NCBI GenBank assembly: GCA_918797485.1
Contig: CAKKNE010000001.1
Span: forward strand, 3,782,001 to 3,846,000
Direction of reading: 5' to 3'
DNA: 64,000 nt
DNA from: Pelagomonas calceolata
Taxonomy: Eukaryota
A model generated the notes under the pieces. The model made no database searches. It saw nothing but the letters and a program-made list of their open reading frames with translations, and was not told the DNA's origin. The position numbers and the translations under genes were made by a program. This document shows positions 21,879 through 32,747 of this stretch, in pieces; within the stretch, counting starts at the first letter, position 1; the number at the start of each line of letters is the position of its first letter.

Positions 21879-22233
21879 TCCTTATTGTGGTTTTTTCGGT
21901 ATTACTCGCGGCGGCGAGGCGTCCGGCGTGCGCATTCTTCATCCACGCGAGGAATTGCCGCGCCCGGCGGTACAATGTCCCGCTAGTGTCTATAGGCCGC
22001 TAGCTGATTATACTTTTGCGCCCATTTCGCGTGGAGCTCGTTAGTTCAGCCCATACGCGTGCGCAACACCCAACGTACCGACTGCCGGGACTACTCGGAC
22101 ATTGCTACTGCGCGCGCGCTCGAAGCGGTAAATCCGCGGCGTACTACAGACCTCAAAAAGCCGGATCCCCAACCGGCGGCCCCAGCACGCCATCGACGCG
22201 ACGCACAATCGTCTCTCTCCGCACACATCAAAG

Positions 22234-23001
22234 ATGTCTAGCCACGTGACCGGCAGAGAGAAGACCGCGCGCTGCGCCCACCTCCTCGTCAAGCACACTG
22301 AGAGTAGGAACCCCGTCAGCCGAAGGACGGGCGAACAGATCACGATGTCCAAGGACCACGCCCGTAGATATTTAGAGGGCTTGCTGGAGGGCATCAAGGC
22401 GGCGCCCGACAGTGAAACGGCCTTCCGCGAGCTGTGCTCTTCTAGAAGCGACTGCGGGAGTTATCGGGAGGCCGGGGACCTCGGAGATTTCGGAAGGGGC
22501 CAGATGCAGCGGCCCTTCGAGGAGGCGACGTTCGCGCTGAAGATCGGGGAATTAAGTGGTGTGGTGGACACGGATTCCGGTTTACATGTCATCTTGCGAT
22601 TACCATTACGGTCTCAAAGAGAGTCGGAGCCGCCGGCGAAGAAACAACGAGCGTCCCAGGTGCGTGCGGCTCATTTGCTGCTGAAGACGACCTCATCAAG
22701 GAACCCCGTGTCTCGTCGTACGAACGCGTCCATCAAGCTGGCGCCGTCCGACGCGCGGCGCGAGTTGGAAGGTTATAGGAAGGAGATCTTGAGCAGTGAG
22801 GACCCGCACAAGGCCTTCGCCGCCAAGGCGAAAGCTCGATCAGACTGCTCGTCCTATGCGCGAGGCGGCGACCTGGGCCACTTCGGTCCCGGCCAGATGC
22901 AGAAGCCGTTCGAGGACGCGTCCTTCTCCCTAGAAGTGGGCGAGATCTCGGGCATCGTCGAGAGCGACTCGGGGCTGCACATCATCCTGCGGCTGGCTTG
23001 A
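22234..23001 (+). CDS. Pin1-type parvulin peptidyl-prolyl isomerase with two tandem rotamase domains
   Basis: Two copies of HLL.K..SRNP.SRR, SDC.S..GDLG.FG.GQMQ.PFE, DSGLH.ILR. Confidence 0.92.
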   Translation: MSSHVTGREKTARCAHLLVKHTESRNPVSRRTGEQITMSKDHARRYLEGLLEGIKAAPDSETAFRELCSSRSDCGSYREAGDLGDFGRGQMQRPFEEATFALKIGELSGVVDTDSGLHVILRLPLRSQRESEPPAKKQRASQVRAAHLLLKTTSSRNPVSRRTNASIKLAPSDARRELEGYRKEILSSEDPHKAFAAKAKARSDCSSYARGGDLGHFGPGQMQKPFEDASFSLEVGEISGIVESDSGLHIILRLA

Positions 23002-23026
23002 TTCTTTGCGGGGGGACTAAGCTATA

Positions 23027-23780
23027 CTAGCTGTTATATGCGCCGACGCGGTTCGCCAGCGCCGTGCACATGTGGTTCATGCCGCGGAGCGTCGCGAGCG
23101 CTCCCTCCAGGTGGTCCGCTCGCGCGCGCTCGGCCGCGAGGGCTGTCCGCAGGCGAGCGACCTCGCGGACATTGAAGAACCGATCGTATAAATCACTCGC
23201 GCTCTGGCGAATTGCGTGCCGCGCGTCGAATACTCTCTCGCACAGTGCCACTATGCTCCATAACAACGCCTGGCTGAGACACAAAACGGACAGCACCCAA
23301 ATAATAAATTTTGCGCTGACATCGACTCTCCAGTACTCTCCACTCCCAGAGTTTCCATAAGAGAATAGGGGGCGCGAGCACTGCCACGACATCCAGTTCC
23401 AGGCGCGGCGCATCGCATTGCGATATCCAGGGCCGCACAGGTCCTCGTCGACGCACTCGACGGTAACGTTATAATTCACGTCAGAATTTGTCTCGTTCAG
23501 AAAAGCTTCTTTCCATTTACTACAAAACAAATCATTCCCGCAGTAAGACTCTAAAATGTAATATATTGAGTTGCAGCCCGCCTTGTCCTCATTAATGACC
23601 CAACTAGTCAAAACAATGTGAGTCGGATTACCGTAACAGTGACCACACATGTAATCCTTATGCTCCTCCTTTAACCACAAGTGTCGGGCCGAACGGGGGG
23701 TAAAGATACAATTCGAGCACTCGTAGTGGTTGGCTCCGTTGCAGAATTCGCCCGTCTTTACGTACAACCCATTGCTTTCC
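23027..23780 (-). pseudogene. 5'-less Cys-rich membrane protein fragment (AT-richer)
   Basis: Open frame with Cys-rich region, TM helix and coiled-coil tail; no credible start codon, and its upstream end abuts an opposite-strand fragment. Confidence 0.4.
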
Positions 23781-24220
23781 CACTGCTGGCGCGCCCCGGA
23801 GACGCGGACGTGGGCCACATGGTCGACCGCGTCGCGCGGGACTGGACGCTCCGAGCCTACGACGGTGTCGGTGCAATATGGGACACCTACCCCCGCCGCT
23901 GCCCCGTGACGTCGCAGTTGCTCGCCGGCGCCAACACGAAGTGGATCCTGGTGCCGAAAGCGATCGACGGCGTCCCGGTCCGGTGGCTCAACTCGCACTA
24001 CCTGAACGTGGAGCCGCTCGTCGCGAGGACGTATGGGGACGTGCCGCCATCACTCCCCTTCTCGCATTACCGATTCGCGGAGCGCGCGAGACGATTTGGG
24101 AGGTCCGATCGCCTCGCGAAGCACCTGCACAAGGTCATCGACACTTCCGGCCCGGTCCCACGGCTGGCAGACGCTGCCGTGTCCCACTTGGAATGCGGGG
24201 CGGCGTGTCCGAGCTCATAG
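23760..24220 (+). pseudogene. 3' fragment of an unknown protein gene
   Basis: Host-like codon usage (VQPIAFPLLARP...LECGAACPSS*) starting abruptly at a GC shift; no promoter space. Confidence 0.35.
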
Positions 24221-24233
24221 TACTATTAAATTA

Positions 24234-25145
24234 TTAGGAAAAGATACTCGGCGGGTCCGTCGCCGCGGACTCGTAGGTGTATTTCCCCGGAGAGGTAAAA
24301 ACAGATGACGCGTCCTTCGTCGGCGTCCCGTCGCCCGCCTTCTTCGAGACCAGGTCCAGCGCCACGCCCGTCGCCGACGCGCTGCCGAGCGCCGCCTTGC
24401 ATACGCGTGCGACGTCGGCACGAGCGACGGACCTTGTGCCGCCCGAGGAGAACTCCGGGTTCTTCATAATTTCGTCGTTCACGCCCACGACCAGCTCCCG
24501 CTTCGAACCGTCCTCATCAACTAAGCCACCTGGATGGATGATCGTATACGGGACGCCGCTCTCGACGAGGTACCGTTCTGCTTTGCGCTTCCAGAGCAGG
24601 ATGTCGCCGCCCGACCCGTCCTTGCGTCTCCCGATGCTATTCAGGAAATTGTCCGGGTTCGTGCCGCCCATCGACGACACGAAGACGAACTGCTTCACAC
24701 CTGCCGTTTTTGCTGCATCGATCTGCTTTTTAGCGCCAAACCAATCGACCTCCTCCGGCGTGCCGTTTTTAGGAAACTTGAAAGCCGGCCGGCTCGTCTT
24801 GACGAACGGCAGGACCTTCGTGGCCATCGTCTTCATCAACGACAGCGGCTTGATCGCCGGGACGGCGCTGGTACAAAGAACAACAGCGTCGCAGCCCGCC
24901 ATCGCCGCCGCCAGGGACTTTTCGTCGGCGATGTCCGCGACGCACACTTCGTCATCGCTCGCACCGACCGCCTTGAGAGCTTTTTGCGCCTTGCCGCTCC
25001 GTGCAAGTCCGACGGGTTTGTAATTTGAGTCGGCCTTCAGCTGTTCGAACACGAGCTTGCCCGTGCGGCCGCCAGCGCCCGTGACCAGGACCTTTTTCAA
25101 TGCGTGCGCCTGCACAAACAGCAAGAGGCTGAGGAAGCGATGCAT
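24234..25145 (-). CDS. NAD(P)-binding Rossmann-fold protein (atypical SDR) with signal peptide
   Basis: KVLVTGAGGRTG, VDWFGAKKQIDAAK, FVSSMGGT, WKRKAERYL, YTIIHPGGL. Confidence 0.9.
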   Translation of the reverse strand: MHRFLSLLLFVQAHALKKVLVTGAGGRTGKLVFEQLKADSNYKPVGLARSGKAQKALKAVGASDDEVCVADIADEKSLAAAMAGCDAVVLCTSAVPAIKPLSLMKTMATKVLPFVKTSRPAFKFPKNGTPEEVDWFGAKKQIDAAKTAGVKQFVFVSSMGGTNPDNFLNSIGRRKDGSGGDILLWKRKAERYLVESGVPYTIIHPGGLVDEDGSKRELVVGVNDEIMKNPEFSSGGTRSVARADVARVCKAALGSASATGVALDLVSKKAGDGTPTKDASSVFTSPGKYTYESAATDPPSIFS

Positions 25146-25433
25146 GATGTGTCAGAGAGCTGGAGCTTGTTGGAGCCTTTGCCGGGAGTTACGACTCCTG
25201 GCTTCGAATGTCGTGCGCTGCGCGCAGTCGAAGGACTCCTGTGAGCAACTGCAGGCGCACGGCGTGCAGTAGAGACTCAGCCACGGGTGGCCCAAGCTTG
25301 CCCAAGAAAGGCTAGCAAGTAAGTGCCTAGCTCCGGTCGGCGCGCGCGCGTTTTTGAGGCAGAATTGCGTCCCCGCTGCCCGTCGTCGCCGAAACGCATA
25401 ACGCTTGCAACCCAAGGGCAGCCCCTCGCACCG

Positions 25434-25997
25434 ATGGAGGAACCCGCCTACCAGGAGGCCCTTCACCAAGTCAATTCCATGCTCCGGGGCTTCGACGACC
25501 TGGACGCCCCGAGCCGGCGCCTCGATGTCCTACGGACGCCGGGTCCCGCCGACGCCTTCCCGGCGGCGGCGCTCGACTCGCCGCCGCGGCCGCCGCCCTC
25601 GGCCGTCGCCGCCGCGCAGGCGCCGGCGACCGAGGATACGGTCAGGCGGAAGAAGCCGCCGTCGCCTCCACTCTATGCGTGGGAGAGCCGCACCGCGCCG
25701 GGCGCGCCGCGCGTCGAGTCAATAGAAACGCACGCGGGCGTTTTCGAGGCGACGGCGACGCCGGGCCTCTACGCGGCGGCCGACATCGACGACGACGACG
25801 CGGCGCGGGCCTACGTCGACGTGCAGGTCGTGCTGACGCGGACCGAGGCGGCCGAGGTCCGCGCGCTGCAGCGCCGCGCGGCGAAGGCGTCCCCGCCGCG
25901 CGACACGGCCTTCATGCACTCGTCGACGCCCTACGTCGCGCCGCGGCCCGTGTCTTATAGACCCGAGGCGAAGGGCCTGCCGCGGTGGAACGTCTAA
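25434..25997 (+). CDS. Hypothetical protein
   Basis: ATG at 25434 (MEEPAYQEALHQV), host codon usage. Confidence 0.5.
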   Translation: MEEPAYQEALHQVNSMLRGFDDLDAPSRRLDVLRTPGPADAFPAAALDSPPRPPPSAVAAAQAPATEDTVRRKKPPSPPLYAWESRTAPGAPRVESIETHAGVFEATATPGLYAAADIDDDDAARAYVDVQVVLTRTEAAEVRALQRRAAKASPPRDTAFMHSSTPYVAPRPVSYRPEAKGLPRWNV

Positions 25998-26274
25998 ATC
26001 TTGTGTTACTTTTGGCTCCTGGGCCGCGGTGGCGTAACCCTAGCCACTCTAGGTGCGACGCTTTGGCGCGTTTTACGTGACAAAACCCGCGCGCGCAACT
26101 CTTTGATATATTGTCACGGTGCTAGGACTAGTGGGCCGCAAACTCTCGGGCTAGCGGCCTGTACGGGTAAGACACTAGCCCCAGCTCACGACATTGAGAG
26201 AGCTACAAATTCGTTAACTGCAATTCGTCGACTGCAGCTGCTGCTGACCTGGTAACGTCCCGTGCCCTTTAGGC

Positions 26275-27657
26275 ATGCGTGCCTACATCCTCGGGGCTGC
26301 AGTGTCAGTGGCATTGGGGCTGAACTATGTAGGTGCGAAGGAGCAGCCGCGGGCCAGGCGCCCGCGCCGCCTCCAAGGGTATCCAGCGTGCTGCGTCGAG
26401 CACTCGTACTGGGCCAACGGCGAGGTAATGGCGACGACGTGCTACGGCGGCCGCTCGCCGTGGGACGCCGCCACGATGACCGACCTGTGCACGGCGGGCT
26501 ATTCGGAAGCCGGCGAGGTGGCGCCGCCCTTCCGCGATTGCAGGCAGGAGGCGGTCGACGCGGGGAACTGCGAACAAAACTGCGCGGAGTGTGATCATAA
26601 CGTTGGGAGGTACTTCGCGAACGTCGGCTACGCGTCGTGCCCCGACTGGGTGGTCGACGCCATGAACGCGGAGGGGGCCGCCGGCGGCCAGTGCGCGGCT
26701 TGGACCCTCGGCTACGAGAACGCCTGCCGCGAGTGGGGCTACCCCACGGAGGGCGAATGGAATGTGGACGAGGACTGCTGCGCGGGCCTGAAACAGATGG
26801 CGTGCGCCGACGGCTACCGGCTCGAGAACACGGGGAATGTTTGCCACGAGGACGACTGCACCACTGCGTACGAGTACCACTGCATCGCGTGTGACCCGGC
26901 CTCGGATTGCATGGGGAACCTCGATGAGGACGGCGAGGACTACGGCTGCGAGGAGAACGCCTGCCGCGAGTGGGGCTACCCCAAGGAGGGCGAATGGAAT
27001 GTGGACGAGGACTGCTGCGCGGGCAAGAAACAGATGGCGTGCGCCGACGGCTACCGGCTCGAGAACACAGGGAATGTTTGCTACGACGAGGATTGCACTG
27101 CGTACGACTACCACTGCATCGCGTGCGACCCGGCGTCGGCTTGCATGGGGAACCTCGATGAGGACGGCGAGGACTACGACTGCGATAACGTCGGCCTCCT
27201 CATCCTCATCATCTGTTTGCCCATTGGCGTCGTCCTCATTTGCATCGGCGTCGGCTGCTGCATATGCCATCGCCGACGGCAGGCACAACAAAGGCAGGCG
27301 CAGGCGGCCGCGAACGCCCAGATGGCGCACGTCCAAATGGCCCCGGCGGCCGCGAACGCCCAGATGGCGCACGTCCAAATGGCCCCGGTGCCGAAGAGCT
27401 ATGCGTATAATACGCAACAGCCGGTCGTGCAGGGCGCCATTGTCGGGCAGGGCGCCATTGTCGGGGAGCAGCAGCCCGTCCTCGAGGGCGTCGTCGTTCC
27501 GAGCGCGCCGCCTATTGAGGCGCCGGAGGAGATGCCGCCGCCATGGGCGCCGCCGGCGGAGGAGATGCCGCCGCCGGCGCCGCCTCGCATCTTCTGCAGT
27601 GCTTGCGGTGCCCCGGTCCAGGGCCCGTTCTGCGGGCAGTGCGGCACGCGCGCGTAG
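26275..27657 (+). CDS. Cys-rich type I membrane protein with duplicated extracellular module and C-terminal zinc ribbon
   Basis: Signal peptide; two ~79-aa Cys-rich repeats; TM helix followed by CCIC; FCSACG..FCGQCG ending. Confidence 0.8.
   Translation: MRAYILGAAVSVALGLNYVGAKEQPRARRPRRLQGYPACCVEHSYWANGEVMATTCYGGRSPWDAATMTDLCTAGYSEAGEVAPPFRDCRQEAVDAGNCEQNCAECDHNVGRYFANVGYASCPDWVVDAMNAEGAAGGQCAAWTLGYENACREWGYPTEGEWNVDEDCCAGLKQMACADGYRLENTGNVCHEDDCTTAYEYHCIACDPASDCMGNLDEDGEDYGCEENACREWGYPKEGEWNVDEDCCAGKKQMACADGYRLENTGNVCYDEDCTAYDYHCIACDPASACMGNLDEDGEDYDCDNVGLLILIICLPIGVVLICIGVGCCICHRRRQAQQRQAQAAANAQMAHVQMAPAAANAQMAHVQMAPVPKSYAYNTQQPVVQGAIVGQGAIVGEQQPVLEGVVVPSAPPIEAPEEMPPPWAPPAEEMPPPAPPRIFCSACGAPVQGPFCGQCGTRA
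26716..27183 (+). repeat. Intragenic tandem duplication, period 237 bp, 2 units
   Basis: gagaacgcctgccgcgagtggggctacccc at 26716 and 26953 with near-identical continuation. Confidence 0.92.
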
Positions 27658-27803
27658 CAATGTTGCTTTGCTTAGAGCTAGGCCGCCTAGCCGCCGGCCG
27701 CCCGCCGCGGGGAACGCTGTTCTCTCTACAATTTTGTAAATAAGATACATATGCAAGGCGACTTATCCAAACGAAGGCGAATTCCGCATTCGCCCAGATG
27801 CAT

Positions 27804-28808
27804 CTAGATGCTGTACCCGTCATAGGTATCCACTTCGTACTGCCACGTCTCCGTGCGCTTCTTGACGACCTTCTCGCGCTTCGCGTCGATGTGCGGATCT
27901 AATAACTTGTTGAGGCCGACGACGGTCATGCCCGGCGGCACGTCCTTGGTCACGACGGCCTGCGAGCCGACCGTCGCGCCGTCGCCGACCTTGATGTTAC
28001 CTAAGATGGTCGCACCGGCACCCAGAACACAAGCGTGGCCGATCTTCGGGTGCCGGTCGCCCCGTTCTTTGCCCGTGCCTCCTAATGTCACCGCGTGCAA
28101 TATCGTGCAGTTGTCCCCGATCACGGCCGTCTCGCCGACGACGATGCCAGTGGCGTGGTCCATCAATAACCCTCCCCCGATCTCCGCGGCCGGGTGGACG
28201 TCGACCGCCCACAGCTCCGAAATTCGGTTCTGGATGGCCAACGCCGCGTGCCTATCCGCTCGATCCCCGCTCTTCCAGAAGGTCGAGGACACGCGCTGCG
28301 CCTGCGTCGCGTGGAAGCCCTTGAAGAACATGATGCATTGTAAATAGGAGATGGCCGCCGGGTCCCTGGCTAATATAGCGGAAATATCAGCGCCGACGCG
28401 AGCGTCTCCCCGCAACGCGTCGGTGCAGGCCCGCCGCAGCTCGTCCCTAGGCAGAAAGGAGTCGTTCGACCGCGCGAGTCGGCAGCTCAGGACCTCGCCT
28501 AAGCAGGAGGCGAGGTCGTCCGTTCCTAGTATTTGTTTTCGGACCGAAGCACCGAGTAACGGGGACGTTTCGAGCCCCTCGGCCTCGTCTCTTAACCTCG
28601 CGAAGATGCGCGCGTCGCGCGCGGCGTCGTCCTCGGTGTACGATGACACGGGAGGCTGCGGCGCGCCGGGCTCGGGCCGGAGCGTTTGGGTCTGTTGTTG
28701 CTGGGGCGCGGCGCTGGCCGAGTACCAGTTGCTGGGCGCGCTCCTCCGTCGCGTGCAGCGCGCGGCGCCGCGGGCCGCGCTCCGCAGGGCGCTCGCGGAT
28801 GTGAGCAT
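27804..28808 (-). CDS. cysE: Serine O-acetyltransferase, probably mitochondrial
   Basis: RDPAA, FKGFHATQ, VDVHPAAEIGGGLLMDHATGIVVGETAVIG, TLGGTGKERGDRHPKIG; Arg-rich presequence. Confidence 0.95.
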   Translation of the reverse strand: MLTSASALRSAARGAARCTRRRSAPSNWYSASAAPQQQQTQTLRPEPGAPQPPVSSYTEDDAARDARIFARLRDEAEGLETSPLLGASVRKQILGTDDLASCLGEVLSCRLARSNDSFLPRDELRRACTDALRGDARVGADISAILARDPAAISYLQCIMFFKGFHATQAQRVSSTFWKSGDRADRHAALAIQNRISELWAVDVHPAAEIGGGLLMDHATGIVVGETAVIGDNCTILHAVTLGGTGKERGDRHPKIGHACVLGAGATILGNIKVGDGATVGSQAVVTKDVPPGMTVVGLNKLLDPHIDAKREKVVKKRTETWQYEVDTYDGYSI

Positions 28809-29795
28809 GAGGCAGGTGTTAAACGGCGCTATCGTTTCGAGCGCGCGCTATGGCGTCTTCTTTGCGAGCGCGCGCTGTTGCCGGCTTCAGGAACTGCAGG
28901 GAGAGCTGCAGGTGTCCTCTGGCCCCCGGGGGCACCGTTTCTCTGCAAGAGCTGGCGGGCAACGACAGATTTAGACCGATCGAAAGCGTTTCTTACGTTT
29001 GATAGCTCTCCTCGCTGTTGCTACAGCAGCGTGAACAACCTGCGTCCAGCTTCGCCCAGCGCGCACGCCGCCCCCATGTTCGTCGACGTCTCCGACGCGA
29101 GAGACGTCCCAACGCCGCCCTAGGAGGTACTAGCCGGTTTTTGACAGGGTGAGGCTCGGTTCGGTCGCCCGCGCGGCGACCGCGCGATGAGCACCGGACG
29201 GTTCGGCCACGAACGGAGAGCCGCGGCGTTGTTGACGAGGAAACGTCGACGAGCGGCGGTGTGCGTGGGGACTACACCTCGTGATGGGCCCGTGCCTGGA
29301 AATTGCCGAGCGTCGCGTGCGCACGTACGTTCGAAGCAGCAAGAGTGCTACGACTGGCTTGACTGGTCTGGATGTGTGTTTTTGGATATGTTTACTGTTT
29401 TGTGGAGTATTGTCGGGCGCCTCTCAACAGCACACTCCTGAAGACCATTGCTTATAGAAGCTCAGAGTCGCAAAGTTAGCACGTCGTTTTCACGCTCGGC
29501 GCCGTGTCTGACAAACCATTCTGTACTTCAGACTCGGATTTACATCAATCCGCGCGCGGACACAGCTTTTATTTTGCTCTACCAACACCACACACTGATG
29601 ATCACTGTGTCGAGGCGCGCTCGCGATAATTAAAAAGGCTGTCGCGTCGTTTCAACCGTCGCCACCGTCGCGATAGCGGCGAATCTCGCGCGACGCCGGC
29701 AGAGCCCCTGCGTGGCGGGCGGCGGGCGCGAGTCGCGCAGGTCTACGTGCGCCTCCCGAGCCAAAAATGCCCACGCAGGCCAACCAAAATTAAAC

Positions 29796-30640
29796 ATGAA
29801 TCAGTACAACGCCATCGAAGACCAGCCCGTCCTGGAGACGCGCAACAAGTCGCCCTCGACATCCATCTCTAAGATTGTCGCCGTAAGTGTCGTTCTGTCC
29901 TTCGCGCTCGGCGCCTGCGCCGCCACGGCCATATCCTACCGCTCGGGCGGCGTGACGAATCTGGCTGTGACAGAAAATTGCAAAACTGCTGCCGCTCTTC
30001 ATGCTTTTCTCGATCCGAATGACCAGCGGGCTGCTACGGCGGAGAGCGCTTGTAGCCCGTTCATCTTACCGGCACCTGCTAGTACGATTGGTAAGTGTCC
30101 GGCGGCCCCCGACGTTCCGGTGTCGCTGCCCTCGCTGGCGGGAGATGTACATCGAGAATCATACAACCCCGAGAAGATCGTCATCGGAGGCGCGATGTGT
30201 GGCGATTCCTCCGTAACTTCAATGTATGGGGTGTGACGCAGAGCCGAAATTAAATTTCTGTGACGTGGGAATCGCGTCGCGCGATCGACGCGATTCGTTC
30301 CACGCAGGTCCAGACGAACGTCTGGGTGAAGGGCCCCATGATGGACACCGCGAAGATCGATATCCACGGAACCGGTATAGGGGGCGATCTCATGGTCCAG
30401 GGTACGATGACCGACGACGCGAGCATCTTCATCGACGCGGGGGGCGGTGTGCGCAACATCATCGTGCAGGCCGAAATGAGTGGAAACGCGAAGATCACCG
30501 TCGTCGGCGAGGTGTCCGGAGGCATCACGGTAGCGTCCTCCATGTCGGGTCACGCTAAGATTGAGGCTGGGAGCTGTGGCAAGCCGACGTCGCCCCCCAT
30601 CCTCACGGGGTCGACGTTCATCACCGGCACCGGCTGCTAA
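29796..30640 (+). CDS. Membrane-anchored protein with beta-solenoid-like C-terminus; intron 30231-30307
   Basis: N-terminal TM anchor; 77-nt GT-AG intron joins two ORFs in frame; repeating I.V.G.M.G.A.I pattern. Confidence 0.6.
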
Positions 30641-30801
30641 ATCTAGACGCTTCCTCTCCCCTTGTATAATAACCCTTTGATTGACTCGTACCATCGATGC
30701 GACACTTGCCCCCGTGACCGCGTCCGCGCGACGGCGGGGAGCGCCCCACGCCATCGACGCGACGTGGACATACTCAACTCTCAAAAATGTTAGAAAAAGA
30801 C

Positions 30802-31674
30802 CTAAATCTTCGCCGCCTCCGCCTCGGAGACCGTAGGAGCCCCCTCGCGGTCGACCGCGTCCATCTGTTCCTGGAGTTTTAGAGCAGCCATCTCTTTCGA
30901 AGCGTCGACGGCGTTCTGCGCCTGGATGCGGGCGTGGGCCCGTTTCTCCGCGTCCGCGACGTCGGCGGAGGGCTTCGCGGCCGCCTCCGCGCGCGCCATC
31001 GCTCCACTCAACTCGTCCGTCATATCATCTTCACTCTCTAATGTTAATTCGATGCACCTCACCAACCCGTCGGACTGCTTCAGGGCGTAGTAGGCGCGCA
31101 CGGCCACCAAACCGAGGAAGTTCGCGTCCTTCAGTCGTTGGCCCTTGACGTGCGAAGCCGTGAAGTGCAAGCCGTTCACCGACACCTTCTCGCCCTCTTT
31201 CAGGGGCTGATCTACTGGTTTTTCATTTCGTACATAGGCTAACAAACCGCCCGCCCGTTGTAACAGTCGGTGCGGCAACCTTGGTATAGCGAGCTCGGGC
31301 GCGTCGTGCTCGTGGAAGCCGATCGTATGTAATTGGATAATGTCGTCATCTTTAAGATCGGCCTTTGACGCTCTCGCCATAATATAACAGCCCCGTTGCT
31401 TGATCTGGCCCTGGACCGCGACGCGCAAATCACTATCCATGGGTGGAGGCGGTTTATCGCCGGGCACGACGCAATTTTTTCGGTGTCTCGGCCAGTCCTT
31501 GCGCTGGCACTCGCGGTTGCAGTACCGCACCTCCTTGCAGCGCGCGCAGGGCCGCAGCCGGATGTAGAGCGGGGCATTGGCGCCGGCGCCCATGTTCAGC
31601 TTCGCTCGTAGGCCACAGGCCTCGCAGCGCTCGTTGGGCCAGCCCTGGTTGTTCATCGTTCTTAGCGTTTGCAA
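30802..31674 (-). CDS. MYND zinc-finger protein with a DUF4262-like central domain
   Basis: CEACG..PCARCKEVRYCNRECQRKDWPRHRKNC; HTIGFHEHDAPELAI resembles DUF4262. Confidence 0.75.
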   Translation of the reverse strand: MQTLRTMNNQGWPNERCEACGLRAKLNMGAGANAPLYIRLRPCARCKEVRYCNRECQRKDWPRHRKNCVVPGDKPPPPMDSDLRVAVQGQIKQRGCYIMARASKADLKDDDIIQLHTIGFHEHDAPELAIPRLPHRLLQRAGGLLAYVRNEKPVDQPLKEGEKVSVNGLHFTASHVKGQRLKDANFLGLVAVRAYYALKQSDGLVRCIELTLESEDDMTDELSGAMARAEAAAKPSADVADAEKRAHARIQAQNAVDASKEMAALKLQEQMDAVDREGAPTVSEAEAAKI

Positions 31675-32131
31675 TGCGTGCGGGCAGTTTCGGCTGGCAG
31701 CTTTTGGAACTCGAAGGCTGTGGCGGCGTACAGGGTTGCTTTGACGGTGCGCTTGCTACCTCGAACGCAAGACTATACCTCGGAGTGTCCCGTGACGAGG
31801 CCTTGGGTGCACTGATGATGGTTGCGGGCAGTTTAGCGCGGACAAAATCCTGCTGTTATCGAGCGCGCTAGCGTGCTGAAAGACACTAGCAAGCGCCCGG
31901 CTTTTTCGCAGCGCGGCCATTTTGCGTCGATTCGTCCGTGTTCACACGGCCAGAGGATTGCTGCAGTCACGCCCAGCCGGCGCTGTCGCGGAGAAGCGCT
32001 CGCCGGCCACCCGCGGATTAGCAAAAGCCACCTTTGGCTGGCTGTCCACAAAACTCTATATTTGGCCCATTGCGCGGCGGGGATACTACTCTGCTCGACA
32101 GACAGCGTAAAAAAAACTAGCCCGACAAAAA

Positions 32132-32659
32132 ATGCCCGCTTATCACAGCAAGATCGACGGCGCCGGCGCCGACGAGGCCTGCGGCTGCGCCTTACTACCG
32201 CTAAAAACCAAGCTGCGGGGCCCCGCGCCGGCGGCGCCTTTTGAGGGCGACGACATCATCGACGAGACGATCAAGTATTTTAGACCGAACTGCCTGTTCC
32301 GCAACTTCGACGTCTCCAAGTCGTCGGACCGCACGCTCGTCTACCTCACGCTAAGCATGCAGCAGTTCCTCAAGGAGTGCGAGCGCCATTCTACGAGACA
32401 GGCGGGCGAGAAGGCCGTCAAGAGTTTGGTCCTCAAACAGTTCCCGATCCCCGGGTCGCCGGGCTGGCCGCTCGGCGGCCTCTTCCCGCCGCCAAAGGAC
32501 ATCCAGGAGGGCGAGGCTTGGAGGCTGTACATGAAGCAAGCTAGAGACGAGCTTTCCACGAGGACGCTCGACGTGCTCTACAAGGACGACGGCGCGAAGG
32601 ACAAGTGGTGGGGCTCGTTCGCGAAGCGCAAGTTCATGCAGAAGGAGCTGCGCGCGTAA
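32132..32659 (+). CDS. ARPC3: Arp2/3 complex subunit 3 (p21-Arc)
   Basis: MPAYHS, LRGPAP, DIIDETIKYFRPNCLFRNF, DRTLVYLT, FPIPG..GWPL, KWWGSFAKRKFM. Confidence 0.95.
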   Translation: MPAYHSKIDGAGADEACGCALLPLKTKLRGPAPAAPFEGDDIIDETIKYFRPNCLFRNFDVSKSSDRTLVYLTLSMQQFLKECERHSTRQAGEKAVKSLVLKQFPIPGSPGWPLGGLFPPPKDIQEGEAWRLYMKQARDELSTRTLDVLYKDDGAKDKWWGSFAKRKFMQKELRA

Positions 32660-32747
32660 GTATGCTATATGTGTGAATCCGAGCGACGGTGGGGCTGCCC
32701 TCGACGCCATCGCCGCGATGGCGACAGGGACTCCTATGGACAAAAAG

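Noticed and set aside
26305..27756. Long antisense and alternative-frame ORFs (also 352-1194, 1470-2297, 24277-25023 and others)
   Set aside because: Shadow ORFs expected from high third-position GC; they overlap well-supported genes and show no motifs.
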